Positions 37,537-46,451 of a DNA stretch of 64,000 nt are shown here, piece by piece. The notes beneath the pieces were generated by a model, which saw only the letters and a list, made by a program, of their open reading frames with translations, was not told the DNA's origin and made no database searches. The position numbers and the translations under genes were made by a program. The stretch lies in IMG/VR virus record IMGVR_UViG_3300011008_002712, one strand, 5' to 3'. Position 1 is the first letter of the stretch. Each line of letters starts with the position of its first letter. Origin of the DNA: a virus (taxonomy: Duplodnaviria > Caudoviricetes).

Positions 37537-38794
37537 GTCCTTCCTCCAGTATTGATTGCGGCAACCAAGAATTATAGATTTCTATTGGCCTGGGATAATG
37601 TTCTGAAAACGTTAATTTATTCAATAAATTCTTTTTTACGTTTAAAATCCAATCACTATCAGCTTTTTCTTGAGATGAACGAGCTATTTCATCATCTGTT
37701 ATATCAATTTGATCTAAAAAATATGGACGAGCACAAAACCAGAAAAATATTTTATCGCTTTTTTGTTTTGATATATTATCACTATTCAAGGTTATGTATC
37801 TATGATTTATTTGAGATATAAGCTCTTTCATATAATGAATATCTTTTGAACGTTCATTAATTCCAATGCTATCATGAATAGCTTTTATATATTCTTGATC
37901 TGAATTTGATTCATATATATTTTGATTATTGATTATCCAAGACACTATGTTGATTTCATCTTGTGTCATAATATTGAATTTGTGTAAATAATTAATCGTG
38001 TTTTCGTTTAATAGCAATGACCAGATTTCGAATTCAGTTTCTTGAGATTTTTCAAAATTTTTTATAATATCAAAATCAATATCATTAAAAGATTCTAATA
38101 TTTTTTCTTTCTTATTTTCAAGAAGACATTTTGTATTGAATATTTTGAATGTCTTCATAAGACTTAGCGCATTACTCGCGAATTTCCCATTAACAATTTT
38201 CCTTATTGTTTTTCCTATTAATTTTCCATCTGTATTTTTTAAATATTTCAATGAGTTTCTAATTCCATTGATTGTGTTTTGTTCTATTTCATATCCGAAT
38301 TTAGAAACCAAATAAAAAGCATCGAAAATCAATAACGGGTTTTCTTTTATTCTTTCTTCCGATTCACCAATAATCCTTATTATTCTATTCTTAATGTCTT
38401 CTATGCTAGAATATGTTTTTTTATTTAAAGAAAATTTATAGTCTATAATATCTCCATTTAGATTTTGAGTTATTACATTTAATGTAAAATCTTTTTCACC
38501 AAGTACATCATTCAATGTTCTGTTTTTATCAAATGATATAACTTTAAAATTTTCATTTGCAAAATTTATTATTAAATAATCATCAATTTCTTCACTTCGT
38601 GGAAATAATTGCTTGACTTCTTCAATTGATGCATTTGTGATAATATCAATATTTTTTGTTCTAATTTTTTTTGGATGATTCTCATTATGAACTATTGAAT
38701 GACATTTTTCTCCAATAATACGAACGTCATGATTATTGTTTGATATTATTCTAACAATTGCTTTCGCAGCTTCTAATAATGAATCTACTTTCAA
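37469..38794 (-). CDS. CCA-adding enzyme / poly(A) polymerase-like protein with degenerate active-site motifs
   Basis: KNIDIITNA..EV..LF, EKDFTLN, IRIIGESEERIKENPLLIF..F...FGYEIE..T. Confidence 0.75.
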   Translation of the reverse strand: MKVDSLLEAAKAIVRIISNNNHDVRIIGEKCHSIVHNENHPKKIRTKNIDIITNASIEEVKQLFPRSEEIDDYLIINFANENFKVISFDKNRTLNDVLGEKDFTLNVITQNLNGDIIDYKFSLNKKTYSSIEDIKNRIIRIIGESEERIKENPLLIFDAFYLVSKFGYEIEQNTINGIRNSLKYLKNTDGKLIGKTIRKIVNGKFASNALSLMKTFKIFNTKCLLENKKEKILESFNDIDFDIIKNFEKSQETEFEIWSLLLNENTINYLHKFNIMTQDEINIVSWIINNQNIYESNSDQEYIKAIHDSIGINERSKDIHYMKELISQINHRYITLNSDNISKQKSDKIFFWFCARPYFLDQIDITDDEIARSSQEKADSDWILNVKKNLLNKLTFSEHYPRPIEIYNSWLPQSILEEGHEVNQQELDKIIAEKETEENSK

Positions 38795-38847
38795 TGTTAT
38801 TTTCCTTTCTTAATGGTTTTAATTTATTTTATTAAAAAATGAAAATT

Positions 38848-39291
38848 TTATTCTTTGTAGTAATTTAACCATTTATTATATCCTGACACTATATATGCTA
38901 CCCATGCTTTGAATGGGTCTTCTATTAAATTCATTCCTCGCTCTTCATATGTTAAATTAACATAATGAGTTCTACCACTTGAATAAATGTTCAAATAGAA
39001 GTTGCTATAATAATTGTTTGGGTCAATGCTTGTTCTATACGATTCTGGACAAATCAATTTTATATCAACGGTTATCGGCAATGATCCCTGATCAACATAA
39101 AATTTGTTGATATAACTTTTTAGTGTTGAAAAAGTTATATATCCTCTACTAAATGATGTGTTTATATCCATATTAATGTTTGTATTAGAAGATAAAGTAA
39201 ATTTTTTTGTTTGCCAGGTCAAAAATTCATTTTGATAATCGATATAATTCATGATTTCTTCATATGAATCGAAGTATATTTTATATCCCAT
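38848..39291 (-). CDS. hypothetical protein
   Basis: 147-aa ORF, gggag SD. Confidence 0.7.
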   Translation of the reverse strand: MGYKIYFDSYEEIMNYIDYQNEFLTWQTKKFTLSSNTNINMDINTSFSRGYITFSTLKSYINKFYVDQGSLPITVDIKLICPESYRTSIDPNNYYSNFYLNIYSSGRTHYVNLTYEERGMNLIEDPFKAWVAYIVSGYNKWLNYYKE

Positions 39292-39302
39292 ATTTCTTCT
39301 CC

Positions 39303-40016
39303 CTATACTAGATTATCAGCGTCATTGAATTTGTTGATATTGCGTTCTTTTTCGCCATCTTTTGGCGATAATTTACCAGAAAGAATCAAATCCTGTCTAG
39401 CCGTATATAATTTATATTGCTTTATAAATTCTTCTTTAAATGCAATTTCTAATTCAAAATTCATCTTATATTGAATATCTAATGCTCTGATTGTACTAAG
39501 TACAATTTCGGCAAATGTTGTAATTTCATTTTTAAAGAAATTAGAATCTATAGTGCCTTCTTGTTTGATATTTCCAGACACTTTGTTTAATTCATCAATT
39601 AATCCTTTGATTTGTCCCATATAACCAATTGTATATTGATGTTTTTTTGCGTCTGATAGTTGTTCTACTTCTTCCAATCTTGTTAAAGCTAATTCAATCA
39701 TATGACTCAACGTATTTGCTTTGTCAATATTAATTTTTAGCCCTTGTTGATAATCATCTCTATTTTTTTGTACTTTAGATTTGATCTTAGCATCTTTTAT
39801 AAGAAAATCGTCGCGTTGGTCAAAATGCCTTTGCAAATGTCTTCTAATAGAAGAAGGAGTTATGTTTTCTTCTTTTGCAATTTTACGATCCATTGGATCT
39901 GTTAGTTCTTGCAAATATTTATATATTTTATCTGGTGTAAATCCTTTGCAAGATAATTGTTCTATTATGTTTTTATGTTTAGAATTGCATACTTTACATC
40001 TATATTCAAATGCCAT
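39303..40016 (-). CDS. CxxC/HTH/HxxxH DNA-binding protein (possible terminase small subunit)
   Basis: CKVC...SSIRRHLQRHF followed by coiled coil; start MAFEY. Confidence 0.55.
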   Translation of the reverse strand: MAFEYRCKVCNSKHKNIIEQLSCKGFTPDKIYKYLQELTDPMDRKIAKEENITPSSIRRHLQRHFDQRDDFLIKDAKIKSKVQKNRDDYQQGLKINIDKANTLSHMIELALTRLEEVEQLSDAKKHQYTIGYMGQIKGLIDELNKVSGNIKQEGTIDSNFFKNEITTFAEIVLSTIRALDIQYKMNFELEIAFKEEFIKQYKLYTARQDLILSGKLSPKDGEKERNINKFNDADNLV

Positions 40017-40075
40017 ATTTTCAACTCCTTTAAAAAAGAAAATAATGAGAGCCTCCATGAAAAGAAGGCATCTCT

Positions 40076-40426
40076 TTATTTCTTACAACGGTAATTAAGT
40101 ATATATTTTGTTGCTACAAAAGTATTATTTTGCAATATTTTCTTTTCGTGTTTATCAGCTGTTGAAAATATATCTCTATTTATTTTTATTGCTCTAGTTT
40201 CCATTTCTTCTGGAATAGAATAATCTAATTCTTGATTTTTTTTACTAAATTTTGGAATTAATTGATAGTTAGCATGATTAACTAAAAAATAACTCCATTC
40301 AAACTCGTCCATTTTAGAATTATTAATATAATCGCTATTTAAAATTTTGATATGATATATGTCAGCCCATTCATCGTCATATCTCTTATTTAAATCTACA
40401 TCATTAATTACATCTTCATTGTCCAT
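40076..40426 (-). CDS. hypothetical protein
   Basis: start MDNEDV behind aaagga SD. Confidence 0.65.
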   Translation of the reverse strand: MDNEDVINDVDLNKRYDDEWADIYHIKILNSDYINNSKMDEFEWSYFLVNHANYQLIPKFSKKNQELDYSIPEEMETRAIKINRDIFSTADKHEKKILQNNTFVATKYILNYRCKK

Positions 40427-40442
40427 AAATTTTATCCTTTCT

Positions 40443-41420
40443 TTAAAATATTTCACTAAATGATATGGTACGTTCGTCGCATTCAACAATGCTATCATTC
40501 ATATAAATCTTTATCCATGTGTGTGATGTTTTCAAAAGATAGTTTTTACTAAAATGAAATAATTTTAACAATTGTGCATCTTCTAGTAGTTTATCATTTT
40601 CACATATGAAACGGATTATTTTATACCCATGACTTTTTAAAACATTATCTCTGATATAAACGCTTTTGTCATATTCTTTTTGTGTAATTTTACCAAATTT
40701 AAGATCTAAACAATGTCCTCCGCCATCATATTCTATAGCAATTTTATCAACAACAATATCAACTAGGAATTTACTGCAAGGTACGTTTACTTTTCCATGA
40801 AATAAATTCGCTAGATATAATTGTTGTTTAGAAGTAAAAACTTTTTGGTTTTTGCTTAATGTTTCAGCTCTATTATCAAGAATTTTATTTTTGAGTTCGT
40901 CGTTCTGAATTGGATATGCATGCCCATACCTTTTTATCATCGTTTGATGTGCTTTTTGCCTGAATTCTGGAACGCTAAGAGTGCATTTTGTTCCATACTT
41001 TTCTAAATTTGTCTTTTCTATTTTTTTCATAATTTGTTTTGATGAAAAAACACATTCAGCACCATACTTTTCGATGTTAGTACGTTTCATCTTTTGTTTA
41101 ACATCTGGGATTTGCATAGGAGAGTTGACGCCATACTTTTCCTGAAAAACCTTTTTTAAATATTCTCCTCTACATTTTTTGCAATGCCAAATGTTTTTTA
41201 CGCCAGAATTCATCTGCTTCATTACATCTATATAGCTAGAAGTAAATTCTTTTTTGCAAAAATCACATATGACCTTAATTTTTTTCGTACTATTCTTAGG
41301 CAAATGACAAACATCTATTTCAAACTCATCGTTGTTTTTTGTAAATACATACCCAAATGATTCATAATATGATTTTACAAAATACGTCCAACGTATTGTA
41401 ACTTTTTGGTTAGGAATCAT
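40443..41420 (-). CDS. free-standing homing-type endonuclease (Zn ribbon, KYG repeats, Vsr/DUF559-like nuclease)
   Basis: KVICDFC..CKKC; EKYG x4; FLVDIVVDKIAIEYDGGGH...RD..LK..GYKIIRF. Confidence 0.82.
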   Translation of the reverse strand: MIPNQKVTIRWTYFVKSYYESFGYVFTKNNDEFEIDVCHLPKNSTKKIKVICDFCKKEFTSSYIDVMKQMNSGVKNIWHCKKCRGEYLKKVFQEKYGVNSPMQIPDVKQKMKRTNIEKYGAECVFSSKQIMKKIEKTNLEKYGTKCTLSVPEFRQKAHQTMIKRYGHAYPIQNDELKNKILDNRAETLSKNQKVFTSKQQLYLANLFHGKVNVPCSKFLVDIVVDKIAIEYDGGGHCLDLKFGKITQKEYDKSVYIRDNVLKSHGYKIIRFICENDKLLEDAQLLKLFHFSKNYLLKTSHTWIKIYMNDSIVECDERTISFSEIF

Positions 41421-41428
41421 AATCTTTT

Positions 41429-42844
41429 TCAATCGCAAAGATATTTTACGGCTTCTTTTGCAAGAGAAGAACGCACAACATCTTTTTCGCTTGTTGTAAT
41501 TATAGCACATAATGGTGAGTATTTTAATTTTTCAATCAAATAGCTTAATCCATTTGTTTTTGAATCAAGATATTGATTATCAATTTGTTGAGGATCACCG
41601 CATATAATGACTTTTGTTCCTTGGCCAGCTCTTGTTACTATTGCTTTAGCCGTATTGGGATTTACGTTTTGAGCCTCATCTATGAATATAATATTTCTTT
41701 CAATTGAACGTCCTCTTAGATAACCTATTGCCTGCATGTCAATTAAATTTCTACTAAAAATTTCATTAACTTTTCCCTGCAATTCTTTTTCACTAGAATA
41801 GCGCTCATTTTCATCGCTGTCTACCAATATTGAAATATTATCTATGATTGGTCTCATTAGTGGATCTATTTTTTCTCTTTCTGTACCAGGCAAATATCCA
41901 AGATCATCTTCCATTAATTGATTAGGACGACATATTAACATTTTTCTAAAATGATCTGGATTGTTTTGATTGTATAAACGTTCCAATGAAACAGCAAGGC
42001 TATAAAATGTTTTCGCCGTTCCAGCTGGGCCCTTAATTAATACAAGTGGTGTATCTTTTACAGAATCCATAAGAGCTTCTTGCATAAAAATTTGAGACAC
42101 ATTACGTGGTTTTATATCAAATGGATATTCATTTTGATGTATCAAAGCATTAAGATATTTTTTGCTTTTATTTATTCTCCCAAGAAGCGTAAGTTTTTCA
42201 TAATTATTAGCATTATGCAAAATTACAAATTCATTTGGATAACGTTCAAATTCATAATTTTTGACACATTCATCATCCGTATAAACGATTTGATATACAT
42301 TACATAAAGAAATTGTTTTTTCGTTTGCAAACTTTTCAAACGTTTCTTCGTCTGTGCACAAATCTATAATTCCAGTGTATTGCTCATCTATATTTTTAAC
42401 CGCATCGGTTTTAAAATTTTCATTTTTAATATTCAGATAGTCGGCCTTAATTCCAAGATATATGTCTTGAGTAACTAAAACAACTTCATCATCTGATTCC
42501 ATTAAAGCAAGGCAAGTATTTAATATGTCATTGTCTCTCTTTTTTTCTTCCCAGCCATTCGGAATTTTTGTTTCTCCTTGATAAAATGGATTTTTAACAC
42601 ATAACGTCCCGCCGTTTTCCAGCGATATGCCTTTAAACAAGCTATTATTATTTTTCTCTTTTAAATCTTTTAATTTTCTAGCAACTTCTCTAGCATTAAC
42701 ATTGATTTCTTGATGACCTTTTTTAAAATTATCTAGTTCTTCAATAACGATTTCTGGAATAATGACATCATTATCTTCAAATGCAAATAATGCATTTGGA
42801 TTTTGCAATAAAACATTTGTATCTAATACATATTTTTTTATCAT
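41429..42844 (-). CDS. phoH: PIN-PhoH protein (YlaK-like)
   Basis: YVLDTNVL PIN domain; KPRNVSQ, GPAGTAKT, LGYLPG, YLRGRS, IDEAQN, TRAG, GDPQQID. Confidence 0.95.
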   Translation of the reverse strand: MIKKYVLDTNVLLQNPNALFAFEDNDVIIPEIVIEELDNFKKGHQEINVNAREVARKLKDLKEKNNNSLFKGISLENGGTLCVKNPFYQGETKIPNGWEEKKRDNDILNTCLALMESDDEVVLVTQDIYLGIKADYLNIKNENFKTDAVKNIDEQYTGIIDLCTDEETFEKFANEKTISLCNVYQIVYTDDECVKNYEFERYPNEFVILHNANNYEKLTLLGRINKSKKYLNALIHQNEYPFDIKPRNVSQIFMQEALMDSVKDTPLVLIKGPAGTAKTFYSLAVSLERLYNQNNPDHFRKMLICRPNQLMEDDLGYLPGTEREKIDPLMRPIIDNISILVDSDENERYSSEKELQGKVNEIFSRNLIDMQAIGYLRGRSIERNIIFIDEAQNVNPNTAKAIVTRAGQGTKVIICGDPQQIDNQYLDSKTNGLSYLIEKLKYSPLCAIITTSEKDVVRSSLAKEAVKYLCD

Positions 42845-42914
42845 TGTTTAGCCGCCTTTATGATTTATTAATCACTTTCTATAAATTAAATAGCTTAAAA
42901 AGAAAAAGAAAATC

Positions 42915-43640
42915 TTATTGTAATTTATTTACAGCATTTTCTAAAAAATCTAATTTTGAATAATTAATTGCTTTTATTACTTTTTTTACAGAACCGTCTT
43001 TTTTTATCCAAGAATCTAAATCTTCTCCTCTTCTCATTAGGTATTGAATATTTTTTACTTTTATTTCGCCATATGTAGAATTTTTTTCTATAGATGTTTT
43101 TGTTCCAATTACACCAGCATCATCTTGGTCATACATAATATTAATTCTATTTGTATATCTAGATGCTATAGCATATTGCGTTTCAGAAAAATGCGCGCCA
43201 AATGTACATGCACAAATTCTTAATCCGTTTTGCCATGCTGTTATAACATCGAATTGACCTTCCGTAAATACAATAGCATTTTCTCTTACAATATCTTTTT
43301 CGTTTTTCCACAATCCGAATAACGTACTTCTAGTTGGAAAAACATAGTGCATATATTTTGGTTTTAAATCATCGTATATACTTCTTCCAGATATTCCAAT
43401 TAAAATTCCATTGCTATTATATACTGGTATCGTTATACGACCATTCATTTTCTTATAAAATTCTTCGCCAGTATTCTTATAGCAATTTGGAATAAAGTGT
43501 TTCGGAGAAAATCCGAGTTCCCATGCCTTAGCAGTAGCAACATTTATATATCTATCTTGAAGATATTTTCTAGCCTTTGCTCCATTTTCACCAAATAGTT
43601 GTTCAATATATTCTTGGTTTTCTTGTTTGTAATTCGGCAT
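42915..43640 (-). CDS. DnaG-type primase catalytic/Toprim portion (no Zn-binding domain)
   Basis: YL..R.I..ATAKAWELGF, GRITIPV, GISGR, PKY, TEGQFDVI, YDQDDAG, EDLD. Confidence 0.88.
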   Translation of the reverse strand: MPNYKQENQEYIEQLFGENGAKARKYLQDRYINVATAKAWELGFSPKHFIPNCYKNTGEEFYKKMNGRITIPVYNSNGILIGISGRSIYDDLKPKYMHYVFPTRSTLFGLWKNEKDIVRENAIVFTEGQFDVITAWQNGLRICACTFGAHFSETQYAIASRYTNRINIMYDQDDAGVIGTKTSIEKNSTYGEIKVKNIQYLMRRGEDLDSWIKKDGSVKKVIKAINYSKLDFLENAVNKLQ

Positions 43641-43739
43641 AATATCACCTAATTTATTTTATTCAGTAAAAAGCATAGGGAAAAGGTATTTACTTTTGTT
43701 TTCAATTGTGATAAAATCCAAAATAAAGGAGATGATTGT

Positions 43740-44198
43740 ATGAAAGATTATATGACTAGTGATGGAAAACACACTGTAAAAGAACTTATGGATTTTATGA
43801 TTTCTGGTAAACATAGATTTTTTTTCGGAAAAATAAGAACCAACAACGATAAATATGATAACCCGTCTATTGTCGCAGATCAAGTAATTGGAATGACATT
43901 AGTAAGACCAAACCTTACATTTTATTATGACAAAGAAAGCAATGATATTTTTGCTATTGGAAAAGCAAATCAATTTTTAAACGCATGCTATGAATTGCTT
44001 TATCTTGACTATCATCTAAACGATTGTTTTTTAGTACCGGAATTAAATGGGAAAACATTAGATGAAGAAAGTGGAGATGATGAAAATATTGACTATGTAT
44101 CATCTGCGAAACTTCAAAAGCTTGTATGCACAATGCAATTATATAAGACAGACGACAAAGAAATCATTGAATATTTGAAAAACAACCAATTACTGTAA
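43740..44198 (+). CDS. hypothetical protein, weak resemblance to a degenerate DUF262 domain
   Basis: LNDCFLVPELNGKTLDE segment. Confidence 0.6.
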   Translation: MKDYMTSDGKHTVKELMDFMISGKHRFFFGKIRTNNDKYDNPSIVADQVIGMTLVRPNLTFYYDKESNDIFAIGKANQFLNACYELLYLDYHLNDCFLVPELNGKTLDEESGDDENIDYVSSAKLQKLVCTMQLYKTDDKEIIEYLKNNQLL

Positions 44199-44288
44199 GA
44201 TTTTAAAGCATTGCTAAATAAAAAATTTTAAAATAAAGAGAATACATGCATGTATTCTCTTTATTTTCATTTTGAGGGAGTGATATAT

Positions 44289-44636
44289 ATGCAAGACTTC
44301 TCTACAATGGATCTAGATTCCATGATGAAAGATATAATAGATATTTTTAATCTTGAAGGAGTGGAGCTTGTACGTCTTAGCGGGCTTCATAAAAGAGCTC
44401 TTCGTATAAGTAATTGCCAGTCTCTTGATAGAGATATGCTTGATCGTATAATACATAAATTAAAGCGACAAGGAATTATTCATTATGACTATATTTTAAA
44501 ATGTCCTCGTTGTAATGAATTGACATACCAAATCGCTAAACGAGAATCTCCAACGAAAATAAAACTATGTGATACATGCAAAAGTTTGTATATACCAACA
44601 AAAAATATATCTTTATTTGAATTAAAAGAGGAGTAA
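44289..44636 (+). CDS. Zn-ribbon protein (CPRC...CDTC)
   Basis: start MQDFST behind gagggag SD. Confidence 0.7.
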   Translation: MQDFSTMDLDSMMKDIIDIFNLEGVELVRLSGLHKRALRISNCQSLDRDMLDRIIHKLKRQGIIHYDYILKCPRCNELTYQIAKRESPTKIKLCDTCKSLYIPTKNISLFELKEE

Positions 44637-44888
44637 TTATACTCCTCTTTTAAGCATTTTATTTACTTTTTGTAAAGCTTCACGTTCATTCTTACCAGTA
44701 ATGAATAGTGAAGCTGTTTTATTGGGATGAAGTTCGAGCTGGAGCAATGACATCATGCTTTTAGTTGTCCCTTCTTTATCATTGGATATAATTTTTATTT
44801 CACATCCAGTTTCTTTTGCAATTTTTACTAATTTCGCGCACTCTCTTAAACAAAAATGACTTTCAATAACTATAGGTTTGTGAAACAT
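44637..44888 (-). CDS. HPr/Crh-like phosphocarrier protein lacking His15
   Basis: 83 aa; HFCLRECAKLVK.A (cf. GLHARPA..LV..A), TTKSMMSLL (Ser46 motif), ITGKNEREAL. Confidence 0.8.
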   Translation of the reverse strand: MFHKPIVIESHFCLRECAKLVKIAKETGCEIKIISNDKEGTTKSMMSLLQLELHPNKTASLFITGKNEREALQKVNKMLKRGV

Positions 44889-44959
44889 TCTCTACCACCT
44901 CTCATTGAATTGTCGAAATGTTTTCACGGACTCTAATAAAATAGTCAAAAGAAAGCATT

Positions 44960-45733
44960 TTATTTCTCGTTTAGCGCCGAATTCAAAATTATATTGTCTT
45001 GAAGCTCATTTCCCCAATGATCCCATCCCTCGAAATCTTGTCTTGCAAATAATTCTAAATAAGGAGGATAACTGACTCTTTCTATCATTATTCGCATTTC
45101 TTGTGGTTTTCTAGAATGTATAGTGCGCGGGGCAACAAACCCTGTCAAACCTTGTATTCGTTTGCCATCATTGTTTGTTTTATATGGCAAATTGCCTTTT
45201 ACACCAAACAAACAACTTTCAGTAACTCCTCTAAAATATTGTCCTAATCCAGGATTATCGTATTTTTCAATAACATTATCTTCATCTAAGTCTATTGGTT
45301 TTTCTTTTTTAACATGAATTCCTTGGTCTTTCAAATAGTTTTTTATGATGATTTCATCATTTCCACTAAAATTAGCTATACTTTGAATAGTATATCCAGC
45401 ATTATAGAGATTTACATAATCATTTTCGTCTATAACATCTTTTTTCAAAAACCAATGAATGTACTCATTAATGGGAGAACGTCCTTTAAACCAAGTTATC
45501 ATTGTTTTATACTTAAATCCCCAAGCTTTCATTACATCTAACCCATCTTGAAGAAAAGCATTAGTTACCCAAAGATAAAGATGGCAATTATCATCAATTA
45601 AATTTTGTATCGGCAAATTAATAATGTCTTTTGTTTTCATCAAAGGATAATGTTTATTGGCGCCACGTTTAATTTTACCTCCACCTTTTTCCATCCATGG
45701 AGGATCTGCGTATATTGTTTTATATCTTTTCAT
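44960..45733 (-). CDS. MT-A70 family N6-adenine methyltransferase with internal insertion
   Basis: IYADPPW, HYPLM, LYLWVTN, WGFKY..ITW.K, GLGQYFRG.TE.CLFG, HSRKP, LELFAR, WGNE. Confidence 0.92.
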   Translation of the reverse strand: MKRYKTIYADPPWMEKGGGKIKRGANKHYPLMKTKDIINLPIQNLIDDNCHLYLWVTNAFLQDGLDVMKAWGFKYKTMITWFKGRSPINEYIHWFLKKDVIDENDYVNLYNAGYTIQSIANFSGNDEIIIKNYLKDQGIHVKKEKPIDLDEDNVIEKYDNPGLGQYFRGVTESCLFGVKGNLPYKTNNDGKRIQGLTGFVAPRTIHSRKPQEMRIMIERVSYPPYLELFARQDFEGWDHWGNELQDNIILNSALNEK

Positions 45734-45740
45734 ATTTCTA

Positions 45741-46268
45741 TCACCTAACATTTTTTGAATTGCTAACTATTTGTCTTCTAGCAAATTTTATGAATTTTTT
45801 AATTAATGCTTTATGATTAAATGCCCATTTATAGTCATCTATATCGCTTATTGGAACAAATTTTATTTCTGATACTTCGTTTTGTTCACCTCCACGATCT
45901 TTTACAACTAAATTGGTTTGATATGGAACAACCCCAACGAGTCGCATAGTAACATTTTGTCTTTCTTTTTCTGAAGGCGTTGCATAATTACAATCATGTA
46001 CGCTCATCAAAGACAGACTTCTAGGAGAAACACTTACTCCTGTTTCTTCCATTACTTCTCGACAAGCGCATTCTTTCAATGTTTCATCATAGTCCAAATA
46101 ACCACATGGGCAATTCCAATATCCTTGAAAATCTGGCGTACCAGAGCCACGTTTATTAGCTAAAACATATAATTTTCCATCATGTTCTGCATATAAAAAA
46201 ACAGCGACAGCAATTGAACGACTAATCCAATATGTTTTTCCATCAACTTCAACAGAAAAATTTTTCAT
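45741..46268 (-). CDS. NUDIX hydrolase
   Basis: Nudix box GYLDYDETLKECACREVMEETG; WAFNH. Confidence 0.92.
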   Translation of the reverse strand: MKNFSVEVDGKTYWISRSIAVAVFLYAEHDGKLYVLANKRGSGTPDFQGYWNCPCGYLDYDETLKECACREVMEETGVSVSPRSLSLMSVHDCNYATPSEKERQNVTMRLVGVVPYQTNLVVKDRGGEQNEVSEIKFVPISDIDDYKWAFNHKALIKKFIKFARRQIVSNSKNVR

Positions 46269-46451
46269 GATTTCTCCTCTTTTCTCTTAATAAAAATTCT
46301 AACAATATATTTTATTAAATTGTTTTTTACTAAAAAATGAAAATGCATAAAAACACAAAAATAATTATATTCGAAAATGTCAAAAAATGCAATATCAAAA
46401 ATTTTTTTTGTTATAGAATGACTTATAACAGATTAAAGGAGTGAACTTTTT

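Noticed and set aside
3272-43670. AATAAAATAAAT as a phage late-promoter motif upstream of 3271, 38794 and 43640
   Set aside because: It recurs, but is too low-complexity in this AT-rich genome to support without statistics.
44637-44660. HPr-like protein ending KMLKRGV as a GL-tag member
   Set aside because: The terminal codons form one arm of the bidirectional terminator hairpin (ttaaaagaggagta/tactcctcttttaa), and -6 is not I/V.
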